Shown here: in pieces, positions 51,589-63,122 of the stretch | How positions within the stretch are numbered: the stretch's first letter is position 1 | Layout: each line of letters starts with the position of its first letter | Origin: Octopus sinensis | Lineage: Eukaryota | NCBI RefSeq assembly: GCF_006345805.1 | Contig: NC_043020.1 | Location: forward strand, 744,001-808,000 | Direction of reading: 5' to 3' | DNA length: 64,000 bases | The notes under the pieces: model-generated | Database searches by the model: none | What the model was told of the DNA's origin: nothing | What the model saw: only the letters and a program-made list of their open reading frames with translations | Made by a program: the position numbers and the translations under genes

Positions 51589-52034
51589 CATACACTTATA
51601 GAATGTGCATAATAGATTATTGTGAAGTTCCTATTGACAGAAAAATTAATCTTGAATTACACACTGGCGGGTATGAAATTAGTTGTGAAACAATTAGCAT
51701 ACCCCACACATATCGTGTGTGTGTGTGTGTGTGTGCGTCTTACTATTTTGTTTTCACACTCACACCCCCCCAAGCACTGCCAACACCACCGCCACTGCCA
51801 TGTCCGATCTCTATTATTATAGATTTCCTTTATTTTTACCGTTCTTTTCTATTATTAACTCAGCTGCCTTCTATGCTTTACATGATGTACTGCTGCTAAG
51901 CCAGAAGATCAATAGCTGAAAGCATTCTGAGCTATACATTGTTATATGTCGAGTGTGTGTGTGTGTGTGTATGGAAAGGACTGAGGGAATTTGAGCTTCA
52001 CAGCTTCAGTATGCACACACATATATATATAAAT

Positions 52035-52345
52035 ATCACCTTGATCATTGACCGACCAGGCTATCAGATGATGCTACACATCGCTGGTCACAATGCGCAT
52101 CACATTGTTTTAGCCTTCAAATGATGCCACCCCGCTGGCTAAGCGAGCAGGCCAACAGAAGAAAGAGTGAGAGAAAGTTGTGGCGAAAGAGTACAGCAGG
52201 GATCGCCACCATCCCCTGCCGGAGCCTTGTGGAGCTTTAGGTGTTTTCGCTCAATAAACACTCACAACGCCCAGTCTGAGAATCGAAACTGCGATCCTAC
52301 GACCGCGAGTCCGCTGCCCTAACCATTGGGCCATTGCGCCTCCAC
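52035..52345 (-). mobile_element. tRNA-derived SINE, head C with an alternative tail Y
   Basis: Head and body match 14418-14802 up to ...CTCTCACTCT(T/TT)CTTC, then the sequence switches to CTGTTGGCCTGCTCGCTTAGCCAGCGGGGTGGCATC...CCTGGTCGGTCAATGATC. Confidence 0.85.
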
Positions 52346-52659
52346 AAAATATATATATATATATATACTTACTTTTGTGTGTGTGTGTACAGTAACCAAT
52401 GGAACAGCTTGCCTCTCCCCGTTAACCAAATATCTACTTACATGATAAAGACAAAGGTTGCCTTCTCTAGGTCATCCGTGCTGAAAGAGTTTCATGACAA
52501 AAATATCATTCCAGATGCAGTCTGGATAGATTGTGGTTTAGTTTTGGTCAAGGTCAAGGCAGCTCAGGTGGCTTCGGGGTTAGGGTGTTGCACCCAAGGC
52601 CATAAGATTGTGGTTTTGCTTCTTGGACTGGGTGATGTAGTGTTTGCTTGAGCAAAACT

Positions 52660-53085
52660 TATTTCTTTATTGCCCACAAGGGGCTAAACATAGAGGGGAC
52701 AAGCAAAGACAGACAAAGGGATTAAGTTGACTACATCGACCCCAGTGGTAGAAACGTTAGCACACCGGGCGAAATGCTCAGCAGTATTTCATCTGCCACT
52801 ACATTCTGAGTTCAAATTCTGCTGAGGTCAACTTTGCCTTTCATCCTTTCGGGGTCAATTAAACAAGTACCAGTTAGGCACTGGGGTCAATATGATCGAC
52901 TTAATCCGTTTGTCCCCTGTGTGTAGCCCCTTGTGGGTAGTAAAGAAATAGGTACTTAATTTTATTGACCCTGAAAGGATGAAAGGCAAAGTTGACCTTG
53001 GCGGAATTTGAACTCAGAACGTAACAGCAGACGAAATACCGCTAAGCATTTCGCCCGGTGTGCTAACGTTTCTGCCAGCTCACCC
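52660..53085. mobile_element. Nested or inverted cluster of family B SINE pieces (minus tail, plus body, minus head)
   Basis: A minus-strand copy is split at ~52745/52955 by a plus-strand copy. Confidence 0.75.
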
Positions 53086-55342
53086 CCTGAGTAAAACATG
53101 TTGCTCCAGTCCACTCGGCTGTAAATGAGTATGCCTGTGATAGATTGACACCCCACTAAGGGGGAACCTGGTGATCTCAACCACTTATATGCCATGGAAA
53201 CTGAGTTAACTGGCCCTATGGTTCCCAGAACCTTAGACAATACTTACTTTGTCAAGGTCGCTGTTGCTTCCACAGATACTGTGTGTGAATAAGACTGGAT
53301 GCAGCATGGCTGAATGGTTAAGACGTTTGTTTCATCATCCAGGTTCAATCCCACTGTGTGTCAGCTTGGACAAGTTTTCTTGATCAAAGATTTGTGGATG
53401 AAAATTGGGCTGACCAAACTATTTGGAAGCATTTCAGATATAAGTTGTACATGTAATTGAAAAGAACTGCTTTATAAAACTCCATATCATGCTGATTATA
53501 TATGTAGGGTTATATTAGTGCTACATGTTTTTATGGAATATTCAACCACTCATTAGTGGTATTTTGTTAAAAAAACACTATCCAAACGTGATTGATGCCA
53601 GGCCCACCTGACTGGCTCCTGTGCCGGTGGCATGTAAAAAGCACCCACTACACTCTCAGAGTGGTTGGCGTTAGGAAGGGTATCCAGCTGTAGAAAATCT
53701 TCCAAATCAGATTGGAGATTGCACCAGGCTCCAATCTGATCTAGCTCTCCAGGCATCATTCAAACCATCCAACCCATACCTGCATGGAAAACGGACATTA
53801 AACGATGATGATGGTGATGATGAAACAACTGAATCCTCATCATTAAAACCAATAGATTCATTTACTTAATTTACTGACTGTATGAAGCCATTTCAATTGA
53901 ACAACATTCAGGAAGTGGTGAAGTGGCATTCATCCCACTCAGTTGAAGGGTTTTATGTTGGAGGTACTTGGTAACCTTACTGGTACTGGTACCATGTAAA
54001 AGGCGTTTGGGTCACTTTGTTAAGTGGTTGCCTTTAGGGAGGGCATCCAGATGTAGAAACCATGCCAAAGAAGGCATAGAACTTGGTAGAGGGCCTCTGG
54101 CTTATCTGTTTTTGTCAAACCACCCAACTCATGGCAGTATGGGGGGAAAAGGACATTAAATGATGATATTCTTCTGCATAGATTCTGTCTACAAAGAATT
54201 TCATTCCCAAGGCATTGGTCAACCCAAAGCTGTAGTGGAAGTATCCTGCAGTGAGATTGAACCTGGAACCATATGGTCGCCATGCACACTTGCTAACCAC
54301 ACAGCACAACTACGAAACTGTATTTGCAGTTGTGCGGTAACTGAAATTCAGAATTATTGTGGTCGAGTACAGAACTGGATGTTTTGCTGTGCATGTGTTT
54401 TGTATTCGTCTGAATCAGATAAGAAAGAAAATGACTATAAAAATAAAAATAAGAAAATTAAAAAAAAATAGGTGATGTGGCCATTTCTGGATGTTATTGA
54501 TGTCTCTTTGATCTTTGCCGGTGATTAGATTTGCGAGTGCAAAGCTGTCTGCTATCAGAGAATATTCTGTTCCTCCATCTATGTTCAAATGATCAATGGG
54601 GGTTTTAATTTTAGTGTTTTTGTTTTGATATGTAGTTTGTTTGTTTGTTGTTTTTGTTTAGCCCTAGGCCATCTCTGATTAAGCACATTTATGACAAAAG
54701 GCATTCCAGCTGTGACTATATATTTTCTTTTTCTTCGGCACAGTGTGTATAGGACATCATCATCTAATGAGATTCTTCCTGTTGTTTTTCCTTAACTCAG
54801 TGGGTGGGTCAGCTATTTGCTGTCATTTCATTTGTTACCGTGGTGATGTGAAATGTTGTTTAACCTCAGGATAGCTCAGATCCAGTAGATCATTCATCAA
54901 AGACGCTCCAAACATAACCTTTTGGTATATACTCTCTCTCTTTTTACTCTTTTACTCTTTTATTTGTTTCAGTCATTTGACTACAGCCATGCTGGAGCAC
55001 CGCCTTTAATCGAGCAACTCGACCCCGGGACTTATTCTTTGTAAGCCCAGTACTTATTCTATCGGTCTCTTTTGCTGAACTGCTAAGTGACGGGGACATA
55101 AACACACCAGCATCGGTTTTCAAGCAATGCTAGGGGGACTCTGCAACATGCCACTCTTTAGTATTCCAAGATATTTTTAGGTAATTTTGGTAAATATATC
55201 TGTTAAAATGAGATGTCAGTGTCATTTTCATTTTTGCATAATTTTGACCACAGTTTATTCACTACACTCTGTATGAATGTATGTATGTATGTATCTATCT
55301 ATCTATCTGTGTGTGTATATATATGTGTGTGTGTGTATATAC

Positions 55343-55653
55343 ATGGCTTAGTGGTTAGGGCATTCGGCTCATGATCGTAAGGTTGTGAGTTCGATTTCCG
55401 GCGACGCGTTGTGTCCTTGAGCAAGACACTTTATTTCACGTTGCTCCAGTCCACTCAGCTGGCAAAAATGAGTTGTACTTGTATTTCAAAGGGTCAGCCT
55501 TGTCACTCTCTGTGTCACGCTGATTATCCCCGAGAACTACGTTAAGGGTACACGTGTCTGTGGAATGCTCAGCCATTTGCACGTTAATTTCACGAGCAAG
55601 CTGTTCCGTTGATCATATCAGCTGCGACCCTCGTCGTCGTAACCGGCGGAGTC
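55343..55653 (+). mobile_element. CORE-type tRNA SINE (OR2-like): head D + CORE-like block + tail X
   Basis: TGGCTTAGTGGTTAGGG (box A), GAGTTCGATTTCC (box B), TGTGTCCTTGAGCAAGACACTT...CAGCTGGCAAAAATGAG (CORE-like), then the same tail as 14418-14802. The OR2 name is tentative. Confidence 0.85.
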
Positions 55654-57358
55654 TTTAAAAAAAATATATATATATATACACACACACTCACACGACGGGT
55701 TTCTTTCAGTTTCCGTCTACAAAATCCACTCATAAAGTTTTGGCTGGTCAGAGACTACAGTAGAAGAAACTTAACCAAGGTACCATGCAGTGGTACTGAA
55801 CCCGGAACCGTGTAGTTTGAAAGCAAGTGTCTAACCACGCAGCCATGCATTTTTTTTATAAAACGTCCTTTGTAAATTGTTGGATGTCATTTATTATATA
55901 TTGTACATAGCGATTAACTGGGTTTGGTTTGTGTATATCTGAACTGATGCTTTTGTTGTGTGTAAGCGAATCACATAATTTGTTTTGTTTTGGAGTTTTT
56001 TTTCATTTATTTCAATTCCAAGTCACTCCTGATTAACCAAACCTACAATCAAAACATGTCATCAATGAAACAGACTAAAATCCTTTAAAAGCAGTGCTCC
56101 AGCATGGCCATAGTCTATTTACTGAAACCAGCGTAGAAGAATAATACCTACTTCTCTGTCAGCCAATCTAGGAATATGGCGGAAGAACACACGGGGTCAA
56201 TCATTGTTTGTCTCATGTTATCTTAATTATAGTAGTTTCTGCTGGAGTCACAGAATCTGGTTTACTGGCTCCACTCAATTAAAGTAATTTCTCCTTTCCC
56301 TAATCTCCGCTTATTCAAGACCAGAAAATATTTTTGTTTATCTACTTTTTTTGTTTGTTTTGTTTTGTCATAGACTTAAATTGATACCTTAATCCTCTCA
56401 ATATAAATGTAAATTCTATGATCTTTATAAACTACTTCAGTACGTTTCACTATAAAATTGAGATGTTATCTAAAAATCTGACGTTTTATCAAAATATTCC
56501 TAATTATGTCCCAAACCAAGAAGCCTATTAACTTAATCTTTACTTATGGTTTGTTTGGGTTTTTCTCCCCCAACCCCCAACCTCCGCCTCCTCCTTCCTT
56601 ATTCTGTTTTGACCTTTACATTAAAATTATCCGACCAAAGAACTTTAACTCTATCATGACAATCGTGTCTCTAATGAAATTATACACTGAATCTGTATTT
56701 TGGTGATTTCGAAAATAATGAAACATTTGGAGAGATTAAACTAAATTACTTAACTTCTTCACTATTTAGCTGGTATTTGTATAATAAGTATGATGGAAGA
56801 TTTAATCTAAATGTAAGGATAGGGAAACAGGAGGTTTTCTATCATGAAACACCATGGATAGTCACTGCTGGTTTCAAGTCAGACGTTTTGTATAGCAAAA
56901 TCTAAACCACAGTAAATTTGCTTTTTTGCAATGTGTTTGCATTAAGTATGATACATAGGTGGCTATTTTTTCCTACCTAATACTGCTTCTGTTGCATATA
57001 AGGCATTTTTATTCAGCCAGAAAGTTATTCACAGTATCAGTGATTGTTTACTCACTGTTTTTCCGTGTGTCAGTGAAGGTAGATTTTATCTTAGCATGTC
57101 GTTAGCTGTGAGTGCATGCTACTGACAACACCCAACAAGGTGGAAATGCATTTTGCATTCTCATCAACCACTGCTGGGTCAGTTTTCCACTACTCTTGTA
57201 TATTGTATATTTTCTTTAATTATTTTTATAATTTGTACATATTTATTTTATTATAAATGCAAAACAATACCATGGAGGAATCAACATAAGCTTAAATAAT
57301 AAACTGTAATTGGTGAACTGCAATATGGCAATAATAGTACAAGAAAATATAAGTAATA

Positions 57359-57735
57359 GGCGTAGGAGTGGCTGTGTGGTAAGTATAGGTGTAGGAGTGG
57401 CTGTGTGGTAAGTAGCTTGCTTACAAACTGCATGGTTCCAGGTTCAGTCCCACTGTGTGGCACCTTCGGCAAGTGTCTTCTACTATAGCCTCGGGCCAGC
57501 AAAAGCCTTGTGAGTGGATCTGGTAGATGGAAACTGAAAGAAGCCCGTTGTATATATGTATGTGTGTGTATATGTTTGTGTGTCTATGTTCGTCCCCCAA
57601 CATCGCTTGACAACCAATGCTGGTGTGCTTATCTCCTCATAACTTAGCGGTTCAGCAAAAGAGACTGGTAGAATAAGTACTAGGCTTACAAAGAATAAGT
57701 CCTGATTTGCTTGACTAAAGGTGGTACTCCAGCAT
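57359..57735 (+). mobile_element. tRNA-derived SINE, family A, with a tandemly duplicated 5' 29 bp
   Basis: GG(C/T)GTAGGAGTGGCTGTGTGGTAAGTA occurs twice in a row before the body. Confidence 0.9.
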
Positions 57736-57914
57736 GTTTCTGCTTTGCAGATTTTCACCTGTTGTGGGATGTTTTGGAACATAACACCTGCAATAGACGA
57801 GGAATTAATGTATCAAAATAAACTCATTTGGCCAAATTTGGACCTGTGACAGTTTAACATAATAGGAACGATAATGTCTAAATCTGCTTTTGAGTGCATT
57901 ACTGTTTTATATCC

Positions 57915-58287
57915 TTTATGCTTTACTTGTTTCAGTCATTAGACTTGTGCCATTGCTGGGGCACCACCTTGAGCAATTTTAGTCAAATGAATCAACCCCA
58001 GGACTTAAAGCTTGGTACTTATTCTATCAGTTTCAATTGCTGAGCTGCTAAGTTACAGGAACATTGACACACCAACACCAATAATTAAGTGGTAGTAAGG
58101 ATGCACACACACACACACACACACATGTGATTGGCTTCTCTCAGTTTCCATCTACAAAATCCACTCACAAGGCTTTGGTTAGCCTGAGGCTGTTATAGAA
58201 AAAACACTTGCCCAAGTTACTATGCCATAGGATTGGACCTGGAACTAAGTGGTTGGAAAATAAACTTCTTACCACACAGCCATGCCG
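57915..58287 (-). mobile_element. tRNA-derived SINE, family A, diverged
   Basis: Reverse complement of the family A consensus. Confidence 0.8.
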
Positions 58288-58963
58288 ACACCTATGTTTA
58301 GTTTAAAATTATGATATGATAAAAAAAAAATTCAATTAAATTCTGGTAGGATCTGATCTTACACAACAAACCACAATGCAACAGAATTTGGCCAGATAAC
58401 AATATAAAACATTTGACTTGACATTCCAGCAACTTGAATATTTCCATTTCATTACCTAAACACAATGCAGCATATTTTATAAGGAATAGGTTATGGTGAG
58501 GGAAGATTGTGACATTTTGTTTTTCTGTCCTACAGCCAGTGACAGTAGCAAGAAAGAGATAAATGTATGGAGTGTAATGTTGGTTTATTTCAAAAGCAGA
58601 CTTCTTTTGTTAAGGCAGATGACTCAGTGGTTAAAGTCTTGCACTGTTATGATCGTGATTTCGGTTTCTGGTTCAGGTGACGCATTCTGTTTTTGACAAA
58701 GAAAAAAACCCCCTTCATTTCAATGTTGCTCCAATTCCTTCAGCTGTAAATGAGTTCCACAAATAGCTGGAAAGTTAACCTTGCAATGGACCAATGTCCT
58801 GTTCGGTGGTAGTGGTGGTTGGGGGAGGGGGAGGGGATGTCACTTATACAGAAAGGAAACCAGGTTAATCTCTGGTCTTATGAGTCATTAGTGATTTCCC
58901 ATGCTAATGACTTGGTGGGTTTTATAAATCTGCCTATTTAAAGTATCATAAAAGCATGAAACA

Positions 58964-59238
58964 TAAAGCTCCGCAAGGCTCTGGCAGGGCGGTGGGGTGA
59001 ACTCTGCTGTATTCTTTCACCACAACTTTCTCTCACACTTTCTTCCTGTTTCTGTTGTACCTGTATTTCAAAAGGCCAGCCTTGTCGCACTCAGTGTCAC
59101 GCTGAATATCCCCAAGAATTACGTTAAGGGTACACATGTCTGTGGAGTGCTCAGCTACTTCCATGTTAATTTCATGAGCAGGCTGTTCCGTTGATTGGAT
59201 CAACTGGAACCCTTGTAGTCATAACCAATGGAATGCCA
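58964..59238 (+). mobile_element. 5'-truncated family C SINE (body C + tail X)
   Basis: AAGCTCCGCAAGGCTCTGGCAGGG...CAACTGGAACCCTTGTAGTCATAACCAATGGAATGCC. Confidence 0.8.
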
Positions 59239-59243
59239 TGATG

Positions 59244-59245
<2 letters not shown>

Positions 59246-59286
<41 letters not shown>

Positions 59287-59567
59287 GTAAATCCAAAAAA
59301 AGAACAACAACAAGCACAAAAAACACAACACCGCAAGGATGTGGTACATGTAAAGTATTAGCAGATGCTCAGGGAAGGAAAAAAAGATGGTTTAATATTT
59401 TGAGCAAGGCTCTTCTTCAGAAACAGAGGAAAGTCCAGTAGAAAGGAAGATGGAGAAGGAAAATCGCCAACGAGTCACATGTGGTTACATTTTGAAATGA
59501 CCGGAAGGGAATGGGTGAAGAAAAAATTCTTTCTGTGTGTGTGTCTGTGTCTGTGTGTGCATATATA

Positions 59568-59606
<39 letters not shown>

Positions 59607-59872
59607 GTAAATCCAAAAAAAGAACAACAACAAGCACAAAAAACACAAACACCGCGAGGATGTGGTACATGTAAAGTATTAGCAGATGCTCAGGGAAGGA
59701 AAAAAAGATGGTTTAATATTTTGAGCAAGGCTCTTCTTCAGAAACAGAGGAAAGTCCAGTAGAAAGGAAGATGGAGAAGGAAAATCGCCAACGAGTCACA
59801 TGTGGTTACATTTTGAAATGACCGGAAGGGAATGGGTGAAGAAAAAATTCTTTCTGTGTGTGTGTGTGTCTG

Positions 59873-59918
<46 letters not shown>

Positions 59919-59960
59919 CAGACACACACACAGAAAGAATTTTTTCTTCACCCATTCCCT
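59246..59960 (-). mobile_element. PLE-like non-coding repeat: two tandem ~320-bp units plus a 50-bp inverted partial copy; each unit has a decayed hammerhead (59390-59424, 59711-59745)
   Basis: Units are offset by 320-321 bp. 59827-59880 and 59911-59960 are reverse complements around (TA)n. Minus strand GTTT-CTGAAGA-A-GAGC-CTT-GCTC-AAAA-T-AT-T-AAAC. Confidence 0.8.
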
Positions 59961-60067
59961 ACAAGTTCAGCAAAATTTAGATTCAGATGAATATGGTACT
60001 TAAGTTAAAGGCACCAGAATTTTGAATGGTATTATCCATATAAATCAAATGGGGTGATTATAATCTT

Positions 60068-60280
60068 AATAAGCAACAAAGATATCCAAGGTAGTGTAGT
60101 ACAATCGTTTCATGCCACTTCATTTTATTAAACACTGTAAGTATTACATCAGTTTTAAAATGTCGAGTGGCTGAAGATTGCTCGACATTTTAAAACTGAT
60201 GTAATACTTACAGTGTTCAATAAAATGATGTAGCATGAAACAATTGTACTACACTAACTTGGATATCCTTGTTGCTTATT
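60068..60280. mobile_element. Fold-back element, ~100-bp arms, with a candidate hammerhead on the plus strand (60167-60252)
   Basis: AATAAGCAAC...AAAATGTCGAG / loop TGGCTGAAGATTG / CTCGACATTTT...GTTGCTTATT. GTGG-CTGAAGA-TTGC..(long loop with AATAAA)..GCAT-GAAAC-AATT-GT-A-CTAC. Confidence 0.85.
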
Positions 60281-60286
60281 TTGATC

Positions 60287-60319
<33 letters not shown>

Positions 60320-61186
60320 CACACACAACTATCACACAATTTCCATCTACCAAATTCACTCTCAAGCCATTGGTTTGCCCGGGGCAATAGAAGACACTTA
60401 ATACCAAGGTACCGCACACTGGGACTGAAACCAGAACCCATGTGATTGCAAACGCAAACTTCTCAACCGCCAAGCCACGCTTGCACCTAAAGCCATACCT
60501 GCCATCAAAAACTTTACATCTTTGTTTTTCTATTTGCTTTGAATGCCGTCCAAAAGTTTGCTTGTTTTTACCGATTGACCAGTTGTATAAAACCTCCCCC
60601 ACATCCACCCACCCATATACACCCACATATACATTCAGTTACTATTACTATAGATGAGGATCCTTTTATATATTTACATAGAATACATAAATCTTCTCGA
60701 CTGTATTTTCTCTCTTTAATCTTTCTCTCTCGTACAGACGCACCGTTTTCCAGTCAGCTTCTCCATCACGTACACCTGTACCGCATCTCTCGTTACCTCA
60801 GTCTCTCTCTCTCTTTCTCTCTCCCCTGGCAAACATGCTGTTTCTTACATGCAAACCCCGTCCTTCCCTCTTCCTCGTACAGACTCACTGTCTCTCTACC
60901 TATCTCTCTCTCTCTCTCTCTACCTATCTCTCTCTCTCTCTACCTATCTCTTTCTCTCTACCTATCTCTCTCTCTCTCTCACATGTACATATTATGTCTC
61001 TCTCTCTGTCCCTCTCAGAGACATTATTTTTCTCTTTCTCGTCAATACAAACAACAACAACAATAATAATAATAATAACGAATGATTTCTGAAATCTATG
61101 GAATATTTACCATTCACTCTGCTATTTCTAATCAGTTTAAAGCTAGTCATTAGTATTTTTGTTTTCTTCTTTGTCAACATAACCAC

Positions 61187-61189
<3 letters not shown>

Positions 61190-61229
<40 letters not shown>
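61190..61229. repeat. (CAG)n trinucleotide repeat
   Basis: Direct reading, about 13 units. Confidence 0.95.
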
Positions 61230-61230
<1 letters not shown>

Positions 61231-61329
61231 ATCATAAATCCAATATCCACATTTAGCTTAGCTCTATTCATATTGGACATTTTTAATGAAGATGTAAGAG
61301 TTCTGTATTGCAACGGCTGGGCCACAAAA

Positions 61330-61474
61330 CTCAATACGACCATTTATCAATGATGATGATGATGATGATGATGATAGTAATAATAATAATAATAATAACA
61401 ACAATAATAATAATAATAATAATGATGATGATAGTAATAATAATAACAATAATAATAATAATAATAATAATAAC

Positions 61475-61509
<35 letters not shown>

Positions 61510-61921
61510 TGATGATGATGATAGTAATAATAATAATAGTAATAATAATAATGATGATGATAACAATAATAATAATAATATAATAATAATTAATAATGAT
61601 AATAATAATGATGATGATGATGATGATAACAATAATAATAATAATAACAATAGTAATAATATTAATAACAATAATAATAATAATAATAATGATGATGATG
61701 ATGATGATGATGATAACAATAATAATAATAATAATAATGATGATGATGACGATAACAATAATAATGATGATGATGATAATAATAACAATAATAATAATGA
61801 TAATAATAATGATGATGATGATGATGATGATAACAATAATAATAATAATAATGATAATAATAATAATAATAATAACAACAACAACAACAATAATAATAAT
61901 AATATAATAATAATAATAATA

Positions 61922-61959
<38 letters not shown>
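61330..61959. repeat. 630-bp compound (AAT)/(GAT)/(AAC) trinucleotide array
   Basis: Direct reading; source of the poly-I/L/M ORFs. Confidence 0.97.
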
Positions 61960-62420
61960 TCTGCACGATAACAAATAGCAGAGGTCAATGGTTTTCTATT
62001 AATAAACATTAATAGGTGTTTGACTCCACTGCTTTTCTCTATTACGAACCGGCCTTCATTTATTGTTTTAACTGCATTGATTTTTATTGCCTCTGAGTTC
62101 CTTTTGAAGCAGGAGGCAACTGCAGTTTGGTGACTTATTGGAACAATAATAATATTGGAACTTGTGTAATATATATTTGTAGAGTCAAGAACGGGGTATT
62201 TAGTCGAGAGCGAACCGACTGGTCGGATTTGTTTGTTGTTGTTTTCCATTCCGATGCCATTGTGGCCGTATTTGTTCAAGTGAACCAAAATAAGCACCAT
62301 TGTTGATCCGCTGATTACCTTTAGCTTGGCCTCTCTTGTTTCCTCTTTTGCCTCCGAGCAGCAATACCAATTTCTATAATCTGCTTCCTGACAATCGCTT
62401 AATTGCATCTCTCTCTCCTT

Positions 62421-62463
<43 letters not shown>

Positions 62464-62845
62464 GCACACACAGAGATTAAGTCTGGGTGATGCATCAGTT
62501 TGGCAATTGAAAAAAAACAAAAAGAATGGCTGAAGAAATAAAATAAAATAAAATAAAGTAGGAATGTGAAGGTAGAGTAGTCGATGGTATCAGCGGAGAT
62601 CTATCTTGTCAGTTGTGTATTTCATTGCTGTCTTCAGCATTCTCCTCTTCTTCCCACCATAATTATCTTTGTCATCATCATCATCATCGTCGTCGTCATC
62701 ATCGCTGTCACTACCATCATCATCGTTGTCATCATTATGATGATGATCCTCATCATCATCATCGTGATCATCATTCTCATCGTCTCCACTACCATCTTAA
62801 GCACTGCATAACACCAATGAAGAAAAGTTTTAAAAAATATAGTCT

Positions 62846-63122
62846 AGGTGCAGACATGGCTGTGTGGTAAGATGCTTACTTCCCCGCTACAAGGTTCTGG
62901 GTTCAGTCCCACTGTGTGGCATCTTGGATAAGTGTCTTCTAATGTAGCCTTGCACCGACCAGAGCCTTGTGAATGTATTTGGTAGTTGGAAACTGAAAGA
63001 GGTCCATCTTATATTTGTGTGAGTGTGTGTCTGTGTCCTCCACCACTGCTTGACAACTGGTGTTGGTGTGTTTACATCCCTGTAACTTAGCAGATCAGCA
63101 AAAGAAATCAATAGAATAAGCA
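62846..63122 (+). mobile_element. tRNA-derived SINE, family A, 3'-truncated (a further head copy at ~63238-63405)
   Basis: GGTGCAGACATGGCTGTGTGGTAAG...GGGTTCAGTCCC...GATAGAATAAG-like end. Confidence 0.82.

Noticed and set aside
55343-55415. tRNA-like sequences with A and B boxes (here and in all SINE heads)
   Set aside because: No complete cloverleaf or acceptor stem; each continues into a SINE body and tail.
56160-56230. CCAAT + AATATGGCGGAAG (YY1/ETS-like) promoter signature with ATG GCG GAA GAA
   Set aside because: The frame closes after 16 codons, there is no convincing splice donor or GC-rich context, and short motifs like these occur by chance in 64 kb.
586-62870. Most ORFs in the supplied six-frame track (poly-I, YI, CV, HT, LS, RE, poly-N/M/L)
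   Set aside because: They are translations of di- and trinucleotide microsatellites or read-through of SINE bodies, with no protein-like complexity.
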